Positions 1-20,700 of a stretch of 64,000 bases of DNA are shown in pieces. Position 1 is the first letter of the stretch; each line of letters begins with the position of its first letter. The position numbers and the translations under genes are program-made. This DNA is from Daphnia carinata (Eukaryota), in the NCBI RefSeq assembly GCF_022539665.2, contig NC_081333.1, forward strand, positions 2,790,001-2,854,000. Direction: 5' to 3'. The notes beneath the pieces were generated by a model. It was not told where the DNA came from and did no database searches. It was given only the letters and a program-made list of their open reading frames with translations.

Positions 1-1398
1 TGCAATAACAAAGTAATTCGTTTGTTTTTAATCATTTTTTATAGTTTTTTTTATTGCTATCACACTATATATATCATCTATTGGGATGTTTGATCCTACT
101 TTTCCCATTCGGCAACATGCACATTGGTTCACAATATGGCTACCAGTAATTTCACTTCGATTAGATGAGGGTAACCATATTGTGTAGTTGGCAAGTTGGT
201 GGATGGATAAAATTAGGCTTAAACATCCCCTTTAGCAGTGAATCAATCATTCAAAAAGGGTTTGTAATATATAAAAGTGTGTCATACGACCAAGACAAAA
301 TCAATCATTTCCTATACAAACAATAAAATCCAGATGATATATATCCGTCGACTTCGTTACATTCGTCTTGATTACAAGTGATAAATTAATGATGAGTTGT
401 TTTTTTCTTGTCTAGTCGACAAATTGCACGCGCGTTGAGCCGCTACGCACGTTTGACATTTACAGTGAAACACGCAGGCCAATGCACACTTGTCACAGCC
501 AAATTGTCCCAACGAAAAACAAAGTTAGACAAATAAAGAGAACAATTATTTTTAGCAACGTTAGTTTCATCCTATGTACAACACGCGATTAACGATTTCG
601 CAATAATTATATTTTGTCTTGCTGTTATAAATAGGCTGTATGTCATTTCGAAAAGAGAGAAGGAGGTGTAGTGGAAGTATAGAAAGAACTTTGGATTCAT
701 AATTATTTCAATATGATTTCAACGATTGACTTTTTTTTCTCTAAAGTTCTTATCTGTAAATAACATTGTCGTTATTGAGTAATTCTTTTACGAGATATTT
801 TAATTTAATAAATGTGAAGTAGCGTGAGAAAGATAGATTGATGAAAGGATGTCATAATTAATGTTAGCAGTAGAACGACTTTACCTTCATTGAATTGAAT
901 ATTATTGGATAGAAAGCATTGATCATATTCATGTAATGTATATACAAATATTATACATATTATTATTTTAAGTATATATACCAGTATATACTGTGTTGAA
1001 TTTAATTATTTTAAATTGAAAAAAAAAAAGAATGGAATTTTATGAGGCAGTAGATATTGTAGAATTATTTTACGTAGAAAAATTTACATTGAAATTAAAA
1101 TCTGTAATTAATATTATCTAGATTGGTAAATCTTTTTTTTCTTTTTTTTAAAGATAATGGGCTACAGTTGAACTGGCTAATATCGGTGGCCTGGCCACTC
1201 TTTTGTATACCTACTATACTATTTTATATACCTAATTATATATATGGAGGATGAATTAAAAAGACGAAAGTATACAGGAAAATAGCTAGAAAGATGAGTT
1301 GAGAAACGAGTAGTTAATTGGGGGATGAGAGCTGATTCGTGTTTAATCCGAAACTGGATTAATAAGTAATGAATCGATTATTTGATATAATCGATCAG

Positions 1399-7959
<6,561 letters not shown>

Positions 7960-10344
7960 TTTCTACAAATTCAATTTGAAGTAAAACAAAAAAAGCACTG
8001 AAGGAAAACCACGTTCTCAAAAATCACTGGTCAAAGAAACACAATGACACACACCGTACGACCACCTTGCACAACGTCCACTAACGTACTGGTTTATTTT
8101 AGTACGTAAAAGCAGGGAGGCTGCTAGCGGTCACGACCACTGCAACCCACGTTCTAAACCAAAAGCTCGCTGACATGGACCTTTTTAATATGTGTGCAAA
8201 GCAGTACGCCACCGGCACGAGTGTGGGAGAACTGTGAACTCGACAAGGTGGCTCTCCTTTTTTTTTTTGTACTCTCTCTTTTGCTCTTCGCTAGTCGAAG
8301 ATGTGATACATTTTATTACCAGGGAGAGAAGAAAAGTTGCGCGCGCAATGAAACACGTTTTTTTTTTCTCTGTTCTCGTGTGTGGGACATACTTGAGAAT
8401 AAAAATAATAGGTGCAACATTGTCTTATTGTTACCAGAAAATTTTATTTTATTAGCTGTAGAAACTTTGTCTGCTCCGTGAAACATTGCCACATTAGAAA
8501 AATTGTAATATTAAATATTGACAAAATAAATTCTCTATGTACAGAATCAATGAGCGATGAACTACAGGTGTAAACTTAACTTGTATTACGTAAAAGAAAA
8601 TTATTTTCAAACTACGAGTTTAACTCTTTTCTTAAAAAACTAGCAATTATGATTTTTTCAAAATGGAAATTATGCTGCAGGCATCAAAGAAGATCGTCTG
8701 CAAATCGAACGACTGTTCAAGGAAGAAAATTACAACCCATATAGATATATACATAGGGCGTCTAATGAACGATCCGTATAATAAAATAGAGTATTAACAT
8801 TCAAGATTCGTCCTCGTATATTTATAAAGCACACCGTATTTTTATATATTTATACATATATGCTTGCCCCGGAAGAGAGATCGATGCGACATGTCTCCGC
8901 CTCTTTTTTGTATAGACGTGACGCGGTTAAAGGTTCCCATTCGGAGGGTACTAAAGGCTTTTTCGGGGAGAGAAGATTGAGAGAGTAGTATTAGGTATAC
9001 CATTTCGACGTTCATCGGCGCGCTTTATTCTCCAACGGCAATAGAATATATAAATAACTAGGACTCACCATCAAATGTATTACCAGGGACGTTGAATCAA
9101 GGACTTGATGAGTGAACCATCCAAAAAATGTCTACTGCAAATGTTCCCCACGACAGTCTTTTCATTTTGTATTTCATATCAAAATAATGTTTAGTCAGCC
9201 CGAAAAAAAAAAAGATTTTTTTGCGGTTTTGCTACCGGACAGTTGCGTGTCATGTTTCTTGTTTCATTTTTTGTTGTTGTTGTTTTGGTTGTTGCATGTT
9301 TTGTCCGAAGCTGGCCGAAGGGAAATCAGATTGTATTCCAGGGGGCATCACAATCGAAAAGGCAAAAAAAAAAAAAAAACAAGGGGGGTTTCATCTCAAT
9401 TTTTCACATTTGCGCAAAAAAAATGTTCGAACACTGCGTATCCCCTCTTTAAAAATTAAAAAAAAAGGTAGCAAAAGTTTATTTTGATATGGGAGCATCG
9501 TAAAAGAAGAGGAGAGCGCGCTTTTCTATATTAAAAAACTAGGAATATACACACCATCGACCCAAAACTTCGACTATTAAATGGGTGAACTGTGCGAATG
9601 GCCACATCTTTTTGGAATTTTTTTTTTCTTTTTACTTTAGATTTTCAGCTGCTGCCAAGTATCGATTCTTCATTAAACCATAACATGACATGTTTATTCC
9701 CTATTATTCGTATCTAACCGCCCTTCTCCCGCGAATGTTTCAATAGCAAAAAAAAAAAAGCTCATCAAGTACGTAACATCTCCCTCCCCATTTTTACCCG
9801 AACATTCATATTCTTCTTTTAAGCTTACACTTAAGACTTAATTTTGGCTTGATGCCATTCAGAATTTGCATGATGAAAAAGTAAATACATTTCCTCGTGT
9901 CAAACGATAGACATCATAATGAGCAGGGATATTTTTTTCCATGTTTTTTTCTCGAGTGGGTTCACGTCTCCTCGTTAACAACAAACGACACAGCTCTTCT
10001 CTTTCGCAGGAAAAGAAAAAAATCAACATCCTTCCCACTGGAGAAAAAGTGTGGCATTCTCTGTTCTTAAAAAAAGCGACTGATTTACAGCGCGAAAATT
10101 GGTAAAGAAGAAAAATAAAACGGAGATGAGAAAAACAAGTAGACACACGGGGATGGAGGCAGCCGATCGATCCAGCTGTTTCTGGCAGCAGGTACACACA
10201 CACACACTGTATACACACACACACACACACATATAATGTGTGTAAGCCCAGGCACGGTCGTCGCCATTCTTAATGTTTTCTTCCATTATGATCTCGTAGA
10301 AAGCTCACGTCTAAAGTGCTAGATAGTGTATGTGTGCGAACCAA

Positions 10345-13300
10345 TCACAAAAGTTGTAACATTTCGAGATGACGACGCTCAATGTCCTCCAACCGGTAGA
10401 CAACGGGCAACTTATGGTTTGTGGCCGGAATTCCGGCTGCGCTGCACTTGTCTCGATCAGCATCACTAGCCGGCCATCGGATGTGGAGAAGGCAATTCAA
10501 ACGGATGAGCTTTTGCTTGGCTTCTTCCAATACCTTTTTTTTAACAATGGAAAAGAAAATAGTAATCAAAGCAAAAAAAAAAAAAAAAAACAGAGTTTGA
10601 TGAGAAAAAAAACCCACTAAAACTATTTTTTGCATATGCAGACGATTAGATTTCATTGGATTTTTAATTATCAGCCTGAAGAGCTTAGATGATATAACCC
10701 TTGGGGGCATGTTCTCTCAACCTTACTTCTATACATAGTACTTGTGCACCCCCCCCCCCCCCTCTTGATTGCGAGGAGCTTTGTGCAGCGACCCGCTTCC
10801 ATTCCATCTACTCACTGGCGCATGTACGGAGCAAGAAAAAAAAAAACGTACCAAACGGGACTGGCTGATAGTTACTTCTGTCGGTTGTTGTCTTGGAACA
10901 GTTAATGCCGACTGGTTTCTGCTTATTTCATCTTGTTTGCTCTTTCCAAATACCGGACGAAAAGGCCCAACTTTTTTTTTGGCGGGGCTGTCTTTTCAAT
11001 TTTGTGGGTTTTCAACGTTCTTGCGGCTAATAAAACTAGTCAATTATTTTCCCTCGGCAACAGAGTAGGCTTTCCTTTTCGACGTACAAGTTTTCAACTA
11101 ACTTTGACGTTACGGATACGGATGTTGTAAAGGCAACTTACTTGTGCTCCGATACGTTTACTATCGCCGCCACTAGCAGCCATCATTGATTTGAGAGCAG
11201 GCGGTGAATATCCAATCAGATTCTCCAAAACCTTTTTTGTTTTTGCCAATCGGGAAAGATAAAAAAAAAGGAAAAAATCAACAAGAGGGGGACGAAACAA
11301 AAAAGTAGATTAATTACGGTCTGATTGATTCGTACTTACATCCGGACCGAAATCAACAAACAACGCAGCCGATCCGTCATTAATAATGGCTGATAATTTC
11401 CACTGGATTGTCCCAATCTCTGTTCTAGCCGCTTCTAATTTGCTTTTAATCGTCGCTACGAATCCCTAAGAAATGCCATTAAAACAAAAATGAAGTTTTT
11501 CTTTTAAATCGAGAAATAATTTGATGATCTATGGGGACTAATTCACCTTGACACAGATGAATTCCTCTTCACATTTGACATTATTGACCGCCCTGTCCGT
11601 CCTTGTTTTGATGTAACTCGACAAATAAGTGAAAGGTCTGTTGACAATAATAGGTTTAGCTTGGCCAGCTGTTGTCGACGTAGTTAAAGGTCCACTGATT
11701 TTGACTCGACGCCCAGCGTCTTCTTCCGACTGCCCCACCGGGACGGCAAGGTTGCCAGCTGTGAAAAGGATGTCATCATCATCGTCCGGGAACATGTCTT
11801 CATCTCCTGCTGATGCCGTGTGGAAAATGTAATCGTCATCGTCGTCCGGAAACATATCCTCCTCGACTTTGGCTCGTATGGCCCTCTGCTGGATTTTCTT
11901 AGCCGGCGGAAAGGAAGCACTCCAGGGTTTGAGGTCATCGTCGTCGTTCCTTTTCTGTTTGGCGACGCTACACGTGCCTTGATTGGCCGACGCGGACTTG
12001 TTTCGACAGACGCCTCTTTGTTGTTGCTCCGTGTTGTTTCCGCATTTGGCGGAGGAGGGTTCATCATCTGCGAAAGAGAATAACAAATCAACATCACAAG
12101 TGGCAATAAACTTGGCCATACAAATCACGTTCCAGTTTCCGCTCTATAGACAAGAAGAGACTTGATGAAATGATTCGACTAGATTCTTCTTCAAGAACTT
12201 TGTATGTTTGTGTGTGTCTCTTTTTTTTTTGCCTAGTGGCGGCGGAAGAATGAAAGAAGTCGGGTAACCCACTCTTTCTTTCATCGGCTCATCCTCAAAA
12301 CAAAAAATATAAAAAGGCCCGAATCCTATCGTAGATTCTCTTTTGACTGCAAACTTCTTTCTTTTTTCTTTTCCTTTGACGAATAAATGGAATAAAGTAG
12401 ATGCGAAGACTCGATTTTGTTTGTCTTGGCCAATTTAACGTGCAAGTCGATACGAAAGATTCTGCAGATCCCCCACAACCGGTTTCTTTTCGATTAAAAA
12501 GAAAAACGGGGAAGTTCAATCAACAAAAAAGACAAAGACGGTTAACTCTTTTTTTTTATGGTTAACCTTTGTTTTGTTTTCTTTTTTCAAATTCTTAAAC
12601 GAAAAAGGAAAGTAAACCGACTCAATCGGTAGAGTATAAAGTGAAACTCCTCCTCACCGTCTGTGTGTGTGCGTTCAAACTCTTAATCGATTGAACATGG
12701 CCAGAGCGAAAGCCATAAAATAAAAAGCCTCAACTTGGGGTAGTAAACAATGGAATACGGATGAAGAAATCCATTCGTCACTTTTTTGTTTCCCTTCTTT
12801 CTCGACTTTTCAGATGCAGTTTCGACAGGCAGAGAAAAGGCAAGTACGAAAATGATGGAAAAAGACCAAGATTCATTTTTTTTCTTCCCTTTTGTTTTTC
12901 TTTTCTTATTTCGTAGAAAAAAAGCAACTTCCGTCGTCAGGAGGAGATCTTTGTGTTGGGCCGGCGCAGTATAGCCCGATCAATCACTAAACCCAACACA
13001 CACACAAGCGCGCGCCGCTGTGTTGTGTGTCGACCTTTTACCACCAGGGATGCAGCTTCATTATCGACCGGGGTTCTCTTTTTCTTTCATTTTATTTATT
13101 TTTTTTTTTCTGTTGTTGTTGAGTACTCCCCTCTTTTTTTTTTTTTTTTTATCTTTTGGTATAGGGCAAAAGGTTTGGCAGCCATGACCGAGTACCAACA
13201 CTTCCGGGCCGGCCGGAAGTCAAGACCGCAGAAACCCACCAATCTAACCCCCCTCTTTTTTTTCTGTGGGTGGTTTATTTGAGGTTACATCAGATTATTA

Positions 13301-14489
13301 ATGCACTTGCTGGAACACGTGACCAGTCAAGTGAAAGGAGGAGGGGAAAAAAATAAATATTCAAACTCTATTGCCCACACATTGTGGTGTCAGACCTACG
13401 GCGAAAAGTTATGTTCAACTTAAATTAGATAGCGTACAACGGTAGCATGCATTTTCCCAAGCGATTCCTAAGTTCTCTGCGGAATGTTTTTATCCCCCTC
13501 CCACCGTCTCCTTGTTTTTTTTATACGCTGTCGATTTAACGGTCACGTGCACAATTGAGTTGGGTCCAAAAGTTTGTCACTCCATCGCTCAGCACAAGTG
13601 GAAGAAAAAAAGAAGCTTGCTAATTTTTTGAAAAAAAAAAAGTTTCCTTTTGTCCGAATCAATGAAAGAGAAAGAACAAAAAACAAACTAGAGGGAAATG
13701 TCATACCTCCATCTTGTTCGACGTCGTTGACGGTTGCTAATGTCTGCGCAGTGTAGGTACCGTAGACTGGGTTGGGGTTCTCTGGCTTGTCAAGCAGACG
13801 TGCCAGGATGTTCTCGGGAGCGTTTTTTTGCACTAGGTCACTCACTTCTCCACCTAAAAGTTCAATGTTGTTGGAACGGAGAAGAATGACCCCACGGCGG
13901 CACTCCACTGGTCCCTTGACGAGGACTTTGGTCCCAGGAATCAAGTCCAAGTGCAGGTGATGGATGGGGGTGTACTCCATGGCTTGGATGCTTTGACTGC
14001 CATCCGTTAGGTCAAGCAACAGCATCCTCCTGTTCTTTGGTTCCCATTTCGAAGGTATTTTCTTGTCCGCAGAGACTTCACTGTTGCTCTCCAGTCCCTT
14101 TGTGATTTTGGTGTGCTGGGAATAGGCAGACTGACCAATGTTGAGGACAGACATCAACTGTTTTTGGTCAACACACGAGAATTATTAGCACTTGTTAAAT
14201 GATTGAGAGTACGCTGGCTCACCTGAAGGACATAATTCTCTGTCAAGTTGGCCAGAGTTGATTTATTCAAGTTAATGGGAAGTGATTTGAGTTCCAATGA
14301 TACAAAATCCATGAGAAACCATTGTTGAGCAACAAATTCCAGTAGATCGGGGAGATTTGTTTTGGAATGTGAACCCCTGTAAAAGGCAATACAGCCATCG
14401 ATCCATTCCTGAGGCGCCGTCATGGATGAAACTCGACATTTGTTTTTTAAATGATCCTGTACCCTCTTTCGCGTATCATCCATACTCAT
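10345..14489 (-). CDS. RMI1: RecQ-mediated genome instability protein 1; 6 exons: 14489-14223, 14157-13707, 12067-11547, 11465-11340, 11231-11142, 10533-10345
   Basis: N-terminal helical region plus OB1 with RMLLLDLTDG..AMEYTPI..PGTKVLV..CRRGVILL..LLGGEV; acidic linker; C-terminal OB2 with PFTYLS, GFVATIKSKL, WKLSAIINDGSA..VDFGPDVLENLIGYS; GT-AG junctions in phase. Confidence 0.9.
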
Positions 14490-14776
14490 CGTTTATGCAA
14501 ACAAGACCACAGTATATAAACACACACACTCACGCTATGTGCAACAAAAAGAATAAACGAATAACAATTCCTCCTCGTGTCAAACCGAGTCCCTTTTTCG
14601 GTCGACAGTTTCAATATTATGTTTTATGCCTCGGTGGCAAGCCTTCTTTTCAAGAACTTGTGTGGGTAAAGGCAAAAGGCAAACCTTGTTTACGTTTTAG
14701 GTATTGTTGTTGTGCCCGCCTTTATGTGTGTGTGTGTGTGTGTGTGTGATAGATTTTTGAATAGACATGCTATAGA

Positions 14777-14788
14777 GCCATCTAGCGG
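14777..14788. promoter_or_regulatory. CTCF-like motif upstream of RMI1
   Basis: GCCATCTAGCGG, a close match to the reverse complement of the CTCF core CCASYAGRKGGC, ~290 bp upstream of the RMI1 ATG. Confidence 0.35.
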
Positions 14789-17700
14789 AATACCATAATA
14801 AATTATGATTTTTCTTTTTTCTTTTTTTCAACAAAACGTTTTTTTTTAGTTTTTAAATGATTGGCTCAAGAGGGGGAGTAAAAAAAAGCCACAAAGCGAC
14901 TATTGGCCCGAGTGTCGCCTGTTTTACATAAGAAAAATTCTCGCGTGTGCCTATTATAACAGCGTTCGTGAAGAGGAAAATGTACCGGTACTTTTTATAT
15001 CATGCCGAACAGAAACCTGGCAGACTAGTAATCTTATTAGCATAGAAATCCTCTCGTTATACCTACAACGGTACCATAAACGCACCCAATTTTCCGCCGG
15101 TGGGCGCGGCGAGACTCTTTTCTCAAACGAGCATTGCGTGTTGCGTAACAAACAATAATAATAATAACAAGACCATAAGGTTTTGGCCGACCGTTCTTAA
15201 AATTTTATACCATTCCCAACTTTTTTCTTCCTCCAATATTTACGGTAGAATCGTTTGCGACGTGATTGGCCTTCGTAAAAATGTGTGGAAATGTTCTATA
15301 TATGAAATGGCAGCGAGCCGTGAAAGGAAAAGGTAATATGTGTCCTGCCATTGCATTTTATTGGCAACGTTGAACATGGCAAGCAAGAAAACTTAACATC
15401 TTCAAAATGGCGGCGGCTCCTTGCCAAAAAAACAGAAAAAGAAAACGACCGAATCTTGAGAGGAAATCAATACCGAAAAAGATCCTTTTTTTCCCCCCTC
15501 TTATACATACACCAGGAGATAGCAAGAGAGGATGCAAATGGAATTGTTAGACGGAGCGAAAAAAAAAAAAAAGAAAAACTGTTATTTTCTCTGCTCTCAA
15601 CAAAAGAGACTTGGCGACGTGTAAAATCGTTGCCACCACTGCTGTTGGGGTATATCAGGCTGCTATAACCATAGAAAAGAGAAAGAGATCGTTCATCATT
15701 TGAGTTCTTCGTATTTTTGATGCTACTGATGGCTCGCAGCGCAACTGGCGTTCGCTCGGCTAAGGCCATATCGCCTTCTTGGGATATCATGTGATGATGG
15801 CGTCGAAAAAGAAAATGATCAAACGATTTATTGTTTACAGATCGTCATCAATATATAAGAGATCAACCTCTATACATCGAAGGGATACTATTATTCTTCA
15901 TGGTTTTATACCAGTATGGCCTGTATACGACATTACTACATAAATTATAGATCGGATGCCCGGAGGGGGGCACGAGCGGAAACGTATAAAAACCCAAGTT
16001 CCTTTCTACATCTCTGAAATGACCGAAGCAGCACTTTAGCACCTTCTTTTTCACAATCTGGCAAAAGAGCTATAAAAAGCACAAAAAGAACTATAAAGAA
16101 ATGTCTTTTTCGTACACGACGGTAGAGTAGTAATAGCATCTAGAAACGAGGAATTGGCGTCAAGTTTGTGGGAGCCGAATGCGTGTGTCTGTAATAGGAT
16201 ATGCTACGTGTAGACACAGCGGCCCGCTGGTGTGGAGTAGAGTGTGTAGGCCAATCTATATTGATTTAACGCCAGCTAGCTGGGAGTGATAGTTCTCTCT
16301 CTCTCCCTCCGGTTATATAGTGATTAGTGTCGGCTTTGCTGTGTGATTAGCAAAAGAAGAAAAGGGGGGAAAGTGAAGATTGGCAGCTATCGTCAGAAGG
16401 GTGGTAGGCATGCACACTTGCACAGCCATATTACAACATGCTCCATTTCCTAGCCCACTTTGGGAGCTGAAGGTCCTCGCTGTTATAGACTTTGGACGTG
16501 TAAACTGTAAAGTGATGTGCTGCTGTCTCGAAAGAAACAGACACGAGGCGCCATAGATAGAAAACAAACACACATGCAAAAAAAAAAAGGCCATTCGTTT
16601 TTTTATTTTTCTGGTAAACTTGCAGCTGGTGATGTTGCAGAAGAGACAAGACAAAAGACGTGAGAGCTATGGCGTTATATAGCGCTCGCAGCGTCTATTT
16701 GCTGCGAAAAAGTTTAGCCTGGGTGCCGTCCAATGCAACTTTACCATCGACTGTTAATGAGCGAGCAGCGGACTGCAATATACTTACACGGTGCTGCTGG
16801 TCGCTACTATATCTAAAACTCAAAGATATATTTTGACGATAATCCTGCTTTATTGCTGGTCGAATTACCAAGTTTTCCTTTAGCTGCAGCTTATTTATGT
16901 AATCTCATTTAGGAACGTTAGACGCACTAGCAACTGTCACGAGCGCTTGCAACGTGATTACTGTGCTGTGCTACATATTGATGGCCTTTGCGCGACACAT
17001 AGAGAAGTGCTAAAAGCTGAATCATCTTTGATTTCTTCTTTCACGGCTCTTTTGACGGTGTCGCTGGATAACAACCCAACGTGCTGTGGTTCTTTATACG
17101 TATGGTAATGAGCTTATTCTGCGCCAGTCAACGCGCGCACCAGCGTTTGATCAGTTTTGCATGAAAAAAAAAGGGAACGCATGTCGTGGGACGAGCGCAG
17201 TTCACATACCTCTAAAGTTATGCTGACTCAATAATATTCATATATTCCATATCTTTTTTTTTGCCACCCAGACGAACGGAGAGGGGGCAGTCTCCACATT
17301 GTTTCTTATTTCCATGTGAATAAAAGGCCATATATTCCATTTATATACAAAAAATAATTTAATGTATGGACAGCCGATCGTTCCTTCAACTTTGTAATGC
17401 ATCAATAAACTCTTTGTGTATGTCCTACTGTGAATGTACGAAGCAAGCGGGCAGCAGAAGCAAAGTGTAAAACCTTATATAATACATGACGTTTGTGCTG
17501 TGTGCTGAAAATTTGAGCTGCCGCGCTCCATCGATCATCGACTGAAATAAAAGGGGCCTGGCTAGATGTACTAGAGTGAGCGGGGGTTTGCTATGGCAGC
17601 TCTGTGTATATATATTGACGACGTAACTGCACATATGGAAAAGCAGGGTTCTGCTGAGTTTTCGAATCAAGCTCCCGTCTTTATGTGCACGCCATAACGT

Positions 17701-20700
17701 TAGCAAAACTCTTTTCTGTTCGCTATATAATCCTCAGCAGCCGCATAGGGACGGACAGAGAGCCGAGGCACACGCGAAATCGCCATAAAATTCAATCAAA
17801 ACTTGATGCTCTGTTCTCGGTGCTATAATTTAGGAAATCGGGTTGTTGCGAAAAAAGGTCTACAGTCGTAATGTGCCTATGTGTATATTAGGAGTCATGC
17901 TCCCAATCCATCTCAATTCGTTATGCATATTGCGTATAGGTCTCCCCTTCTCGTTGCAGAACATATAATTCATCAGTCGGGTCATTATTTTTATTTTCTA
18001 GCCGCTTTTCAGGCATACACCTGCTGTGCAGCGGGGGTAAACTAGTCATTTGCGTTGCGTATTGTATTACATAAATACTGTGTGCGACGTGTACATCAAC
18101 CCATTACACAGTCTGTAAAATTGGTTTCCCATCTAACGTACCCACCGTACATTTCTAATGGTTTCATCATGGATTTTCATAGATGTATAATTCTACTGAG
18201 TGAAGGAGAATTAATACCATTAATGAATTAATTGGCGGCCACATTGAATGAAGTGGACATTCATTTGTTCAGCTTCAACTTTTTGTTTTGTATGGAAATC
18301 TTAAAACTTCGATTAAATCGCTGGAGTCCCAGCCTTGAATCCGGTTGATTGTCATCCACTTCCATTATGCACTTAAAGTAGAAAAATAATTTTTATTTTA
18401 ATCTTTAAAAATGCCGAATTATTTTTCTGTTCAATACAGCCTATTACGTATGATTCTTTATTGTTTTGTTTGTTTTTTTTATGCGAAATGTTAAGTAAAT
18501 AAATCTCTGACATGTACATTTCTCTTTTTTAAAAAGGGAAAATATGGTGAAGAAAAGCAATTTTGCTGTCGTCAGCAATGTAAGACAGCAAACCAGATGG
18601 TACTGATGTCCGACCTCCCTTATATTATCTAAGAGAAAACGAGGAGCTGTACAGACAAATAAACGTACGCAAGCGCGGGAGTCTCGCGTATACATTCCGG
18701 GACTGAATGTATAAGATGTGTGCTGTCTGAAACGCTATACGTTATGTGTCACTAAAATAAAAGGGAGCAAGAAAAGAAAATGGCATTTGGGGGAAAATGG
18801 TTTTAGTTTGCCTTGCCCCGCCCATCACCCTATCTATTGACAATAAATGCGAGTTATATAGTGGGTTTTCTGCACATCTCTTGTCGAAAGGATCGACAGC
18901 AGTCGCCCATGAAAACGGTGACGTCAATGCAACGGCATCATGTCTAGTGTATTAAACATTGGGCCAAACTCATTTTGCTCCGTATATACACATCGTAGCA
19001 ATGGCGCTGGGTGTCACTGCAAACGACGAACACTTAAACACAACTCCCTGTGTCAATAAATGATCTTTCTTTTCGAAATATTATTCAAGTCTAAATGAGA
19101 TGTGCAGAGCTTTTATTATTATTTTTTTTTATTCTCGCCTTTGTATTGTGTACACAGGCGAAAATATCGTGAATCACGATGACGATCCATTGTGGAATAT
19201 TGCCTCAAGACATGTACGCTTATATCTTTTGCCGCAACCGCCTATCGCTCTTTCTTTTTTACACACTCACGATTGAATCGCTTCATTAACCCTGCTCATA
19301 TATCAACCCTCTCTCTTTTTATCTCTTTCCCCATTTTTCTTCTGTTGTTCTTCTATACGGGAAAAACGATTGTCGAGGACCGTAATCACATCAGGACTTG
19401 TGTACATCCTCCATTTAGCCGTGGGCTTGTACACATCCATATCTTTTTTGAAGCGTGTATCACAATTCAATGTTTTAATCGATTTTGCCATGGGAAATAA
19501 CTTGCGCGTAGAGATCAAACGTAAAGTTTTCTTTCAGTTATTCTTTTTATTTGCTACTTTTTCTTTTTTTCCTTTCTTGTGATACCAACCGAATTTTTCA
19601 AATATTTTTGTTCTTTAACAAAAAAAAAAGTCAATCCTCACGAGAAAGGACGACAATGCGGTTCAAAGAACACATCAGTGAGAAACGAATGCTCGTCTTC
19701 CCTTATTTTCTCTTCACGTAGTTTGCAGAGAGAGAGAGAGAGACCACTGCCCAGTTGGTCCGTGTCCTCTAATCCCATCAAGGGACCAAAGAGAAAAGAG
19801 TTTATTCTGACTTTATGCGGAGTTTCTAGCAGCCTAGCCGATCTTTTGCCGAAGACCGAAGTTTACCCAGATGAACATTACGAGGACTTCTGAGATGTCT
19901 TGGATAATAAAACAAGAGCCAAGTTCTTTTTTGGTAAAAAAAAAAAATTAAAAAAAAAAAAAAGGAAAGTTTTTTTGTTGGTTCTTTTAGGTCCTTGAGG
20001 ACTCGTGTGAAATTAAGAGGTATTTGTGGATAAAATGAAGCCTATAAAACCTTAGACTTTTTATTTCGATCTTGTCGAATTCAATTGTACTCAGTTTAAC
20101 AGGAACAAGAAAGACGACGGCAACGACGTATAGGAATAAATATATATTCTCCAGAGGATGGTTGAAGGCTCTACTGTATAGCGACGTGGATCTACCAACA
20201 GACTTGTACCACCTAATTTGAAAATGGAAAGTAATTCAATTTCCATTTCATTTCCGTGCTCAAAAGTTTTTTTTTTTCTCTTTTTCAAGTTGAGTTTCCT
20301 TCTCGCCATCTAGCGACAACTTGTAGAAACGCCATATTGCAGAAAAATAGCACACGATTAGTCTGTTAATATCTGCGTTATAATAATTAGCGTGCAAAAC
20401 TGGGTAATCGCTGGTTCTGTCACGAGTTCGCCTTAAGCACGGGTAAATATTAGTTTTCTTTTTTTGCAGCAAATGGCTAGACTTGGGATACCAAAAATAA
20501 TGGCAATATAATGCAGATATACTGCTTCATCTTCCGTTTATCCCCATCACTACCATCAAATATGGTGGTCGCATATCTAGACTCACAGCAAGAGCGCCTT
20601 GCAATGCCATTAAAATGTCCACGCACATAGCAAAGAAGAATAGCTGCTATGCCATCTGCACTTTGTGTAAGGTCTTCTTCTTTAGGGGCCGTGCTGTGTG

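Noticed and set aside
8192..10286. Multiple 60-120 aa ORFs rich in F/K/CV
   Set aside because: Translations of poly-T/poly-A runs and CA microsatellites; non-coding.
15467..15790. 107-aa minus-strand ORF MISQEGDMALAERTP..
   Set aside because: No recognisable domain or convincing splice partner; the 3' part runs through homopolymer sequence.
16923..16977. Hairpin with internal loop followed by ACA (H/ACA snoRNA-like)
   Set aside because: No H box or convincing partner hairpin, and no identifiable host intron.
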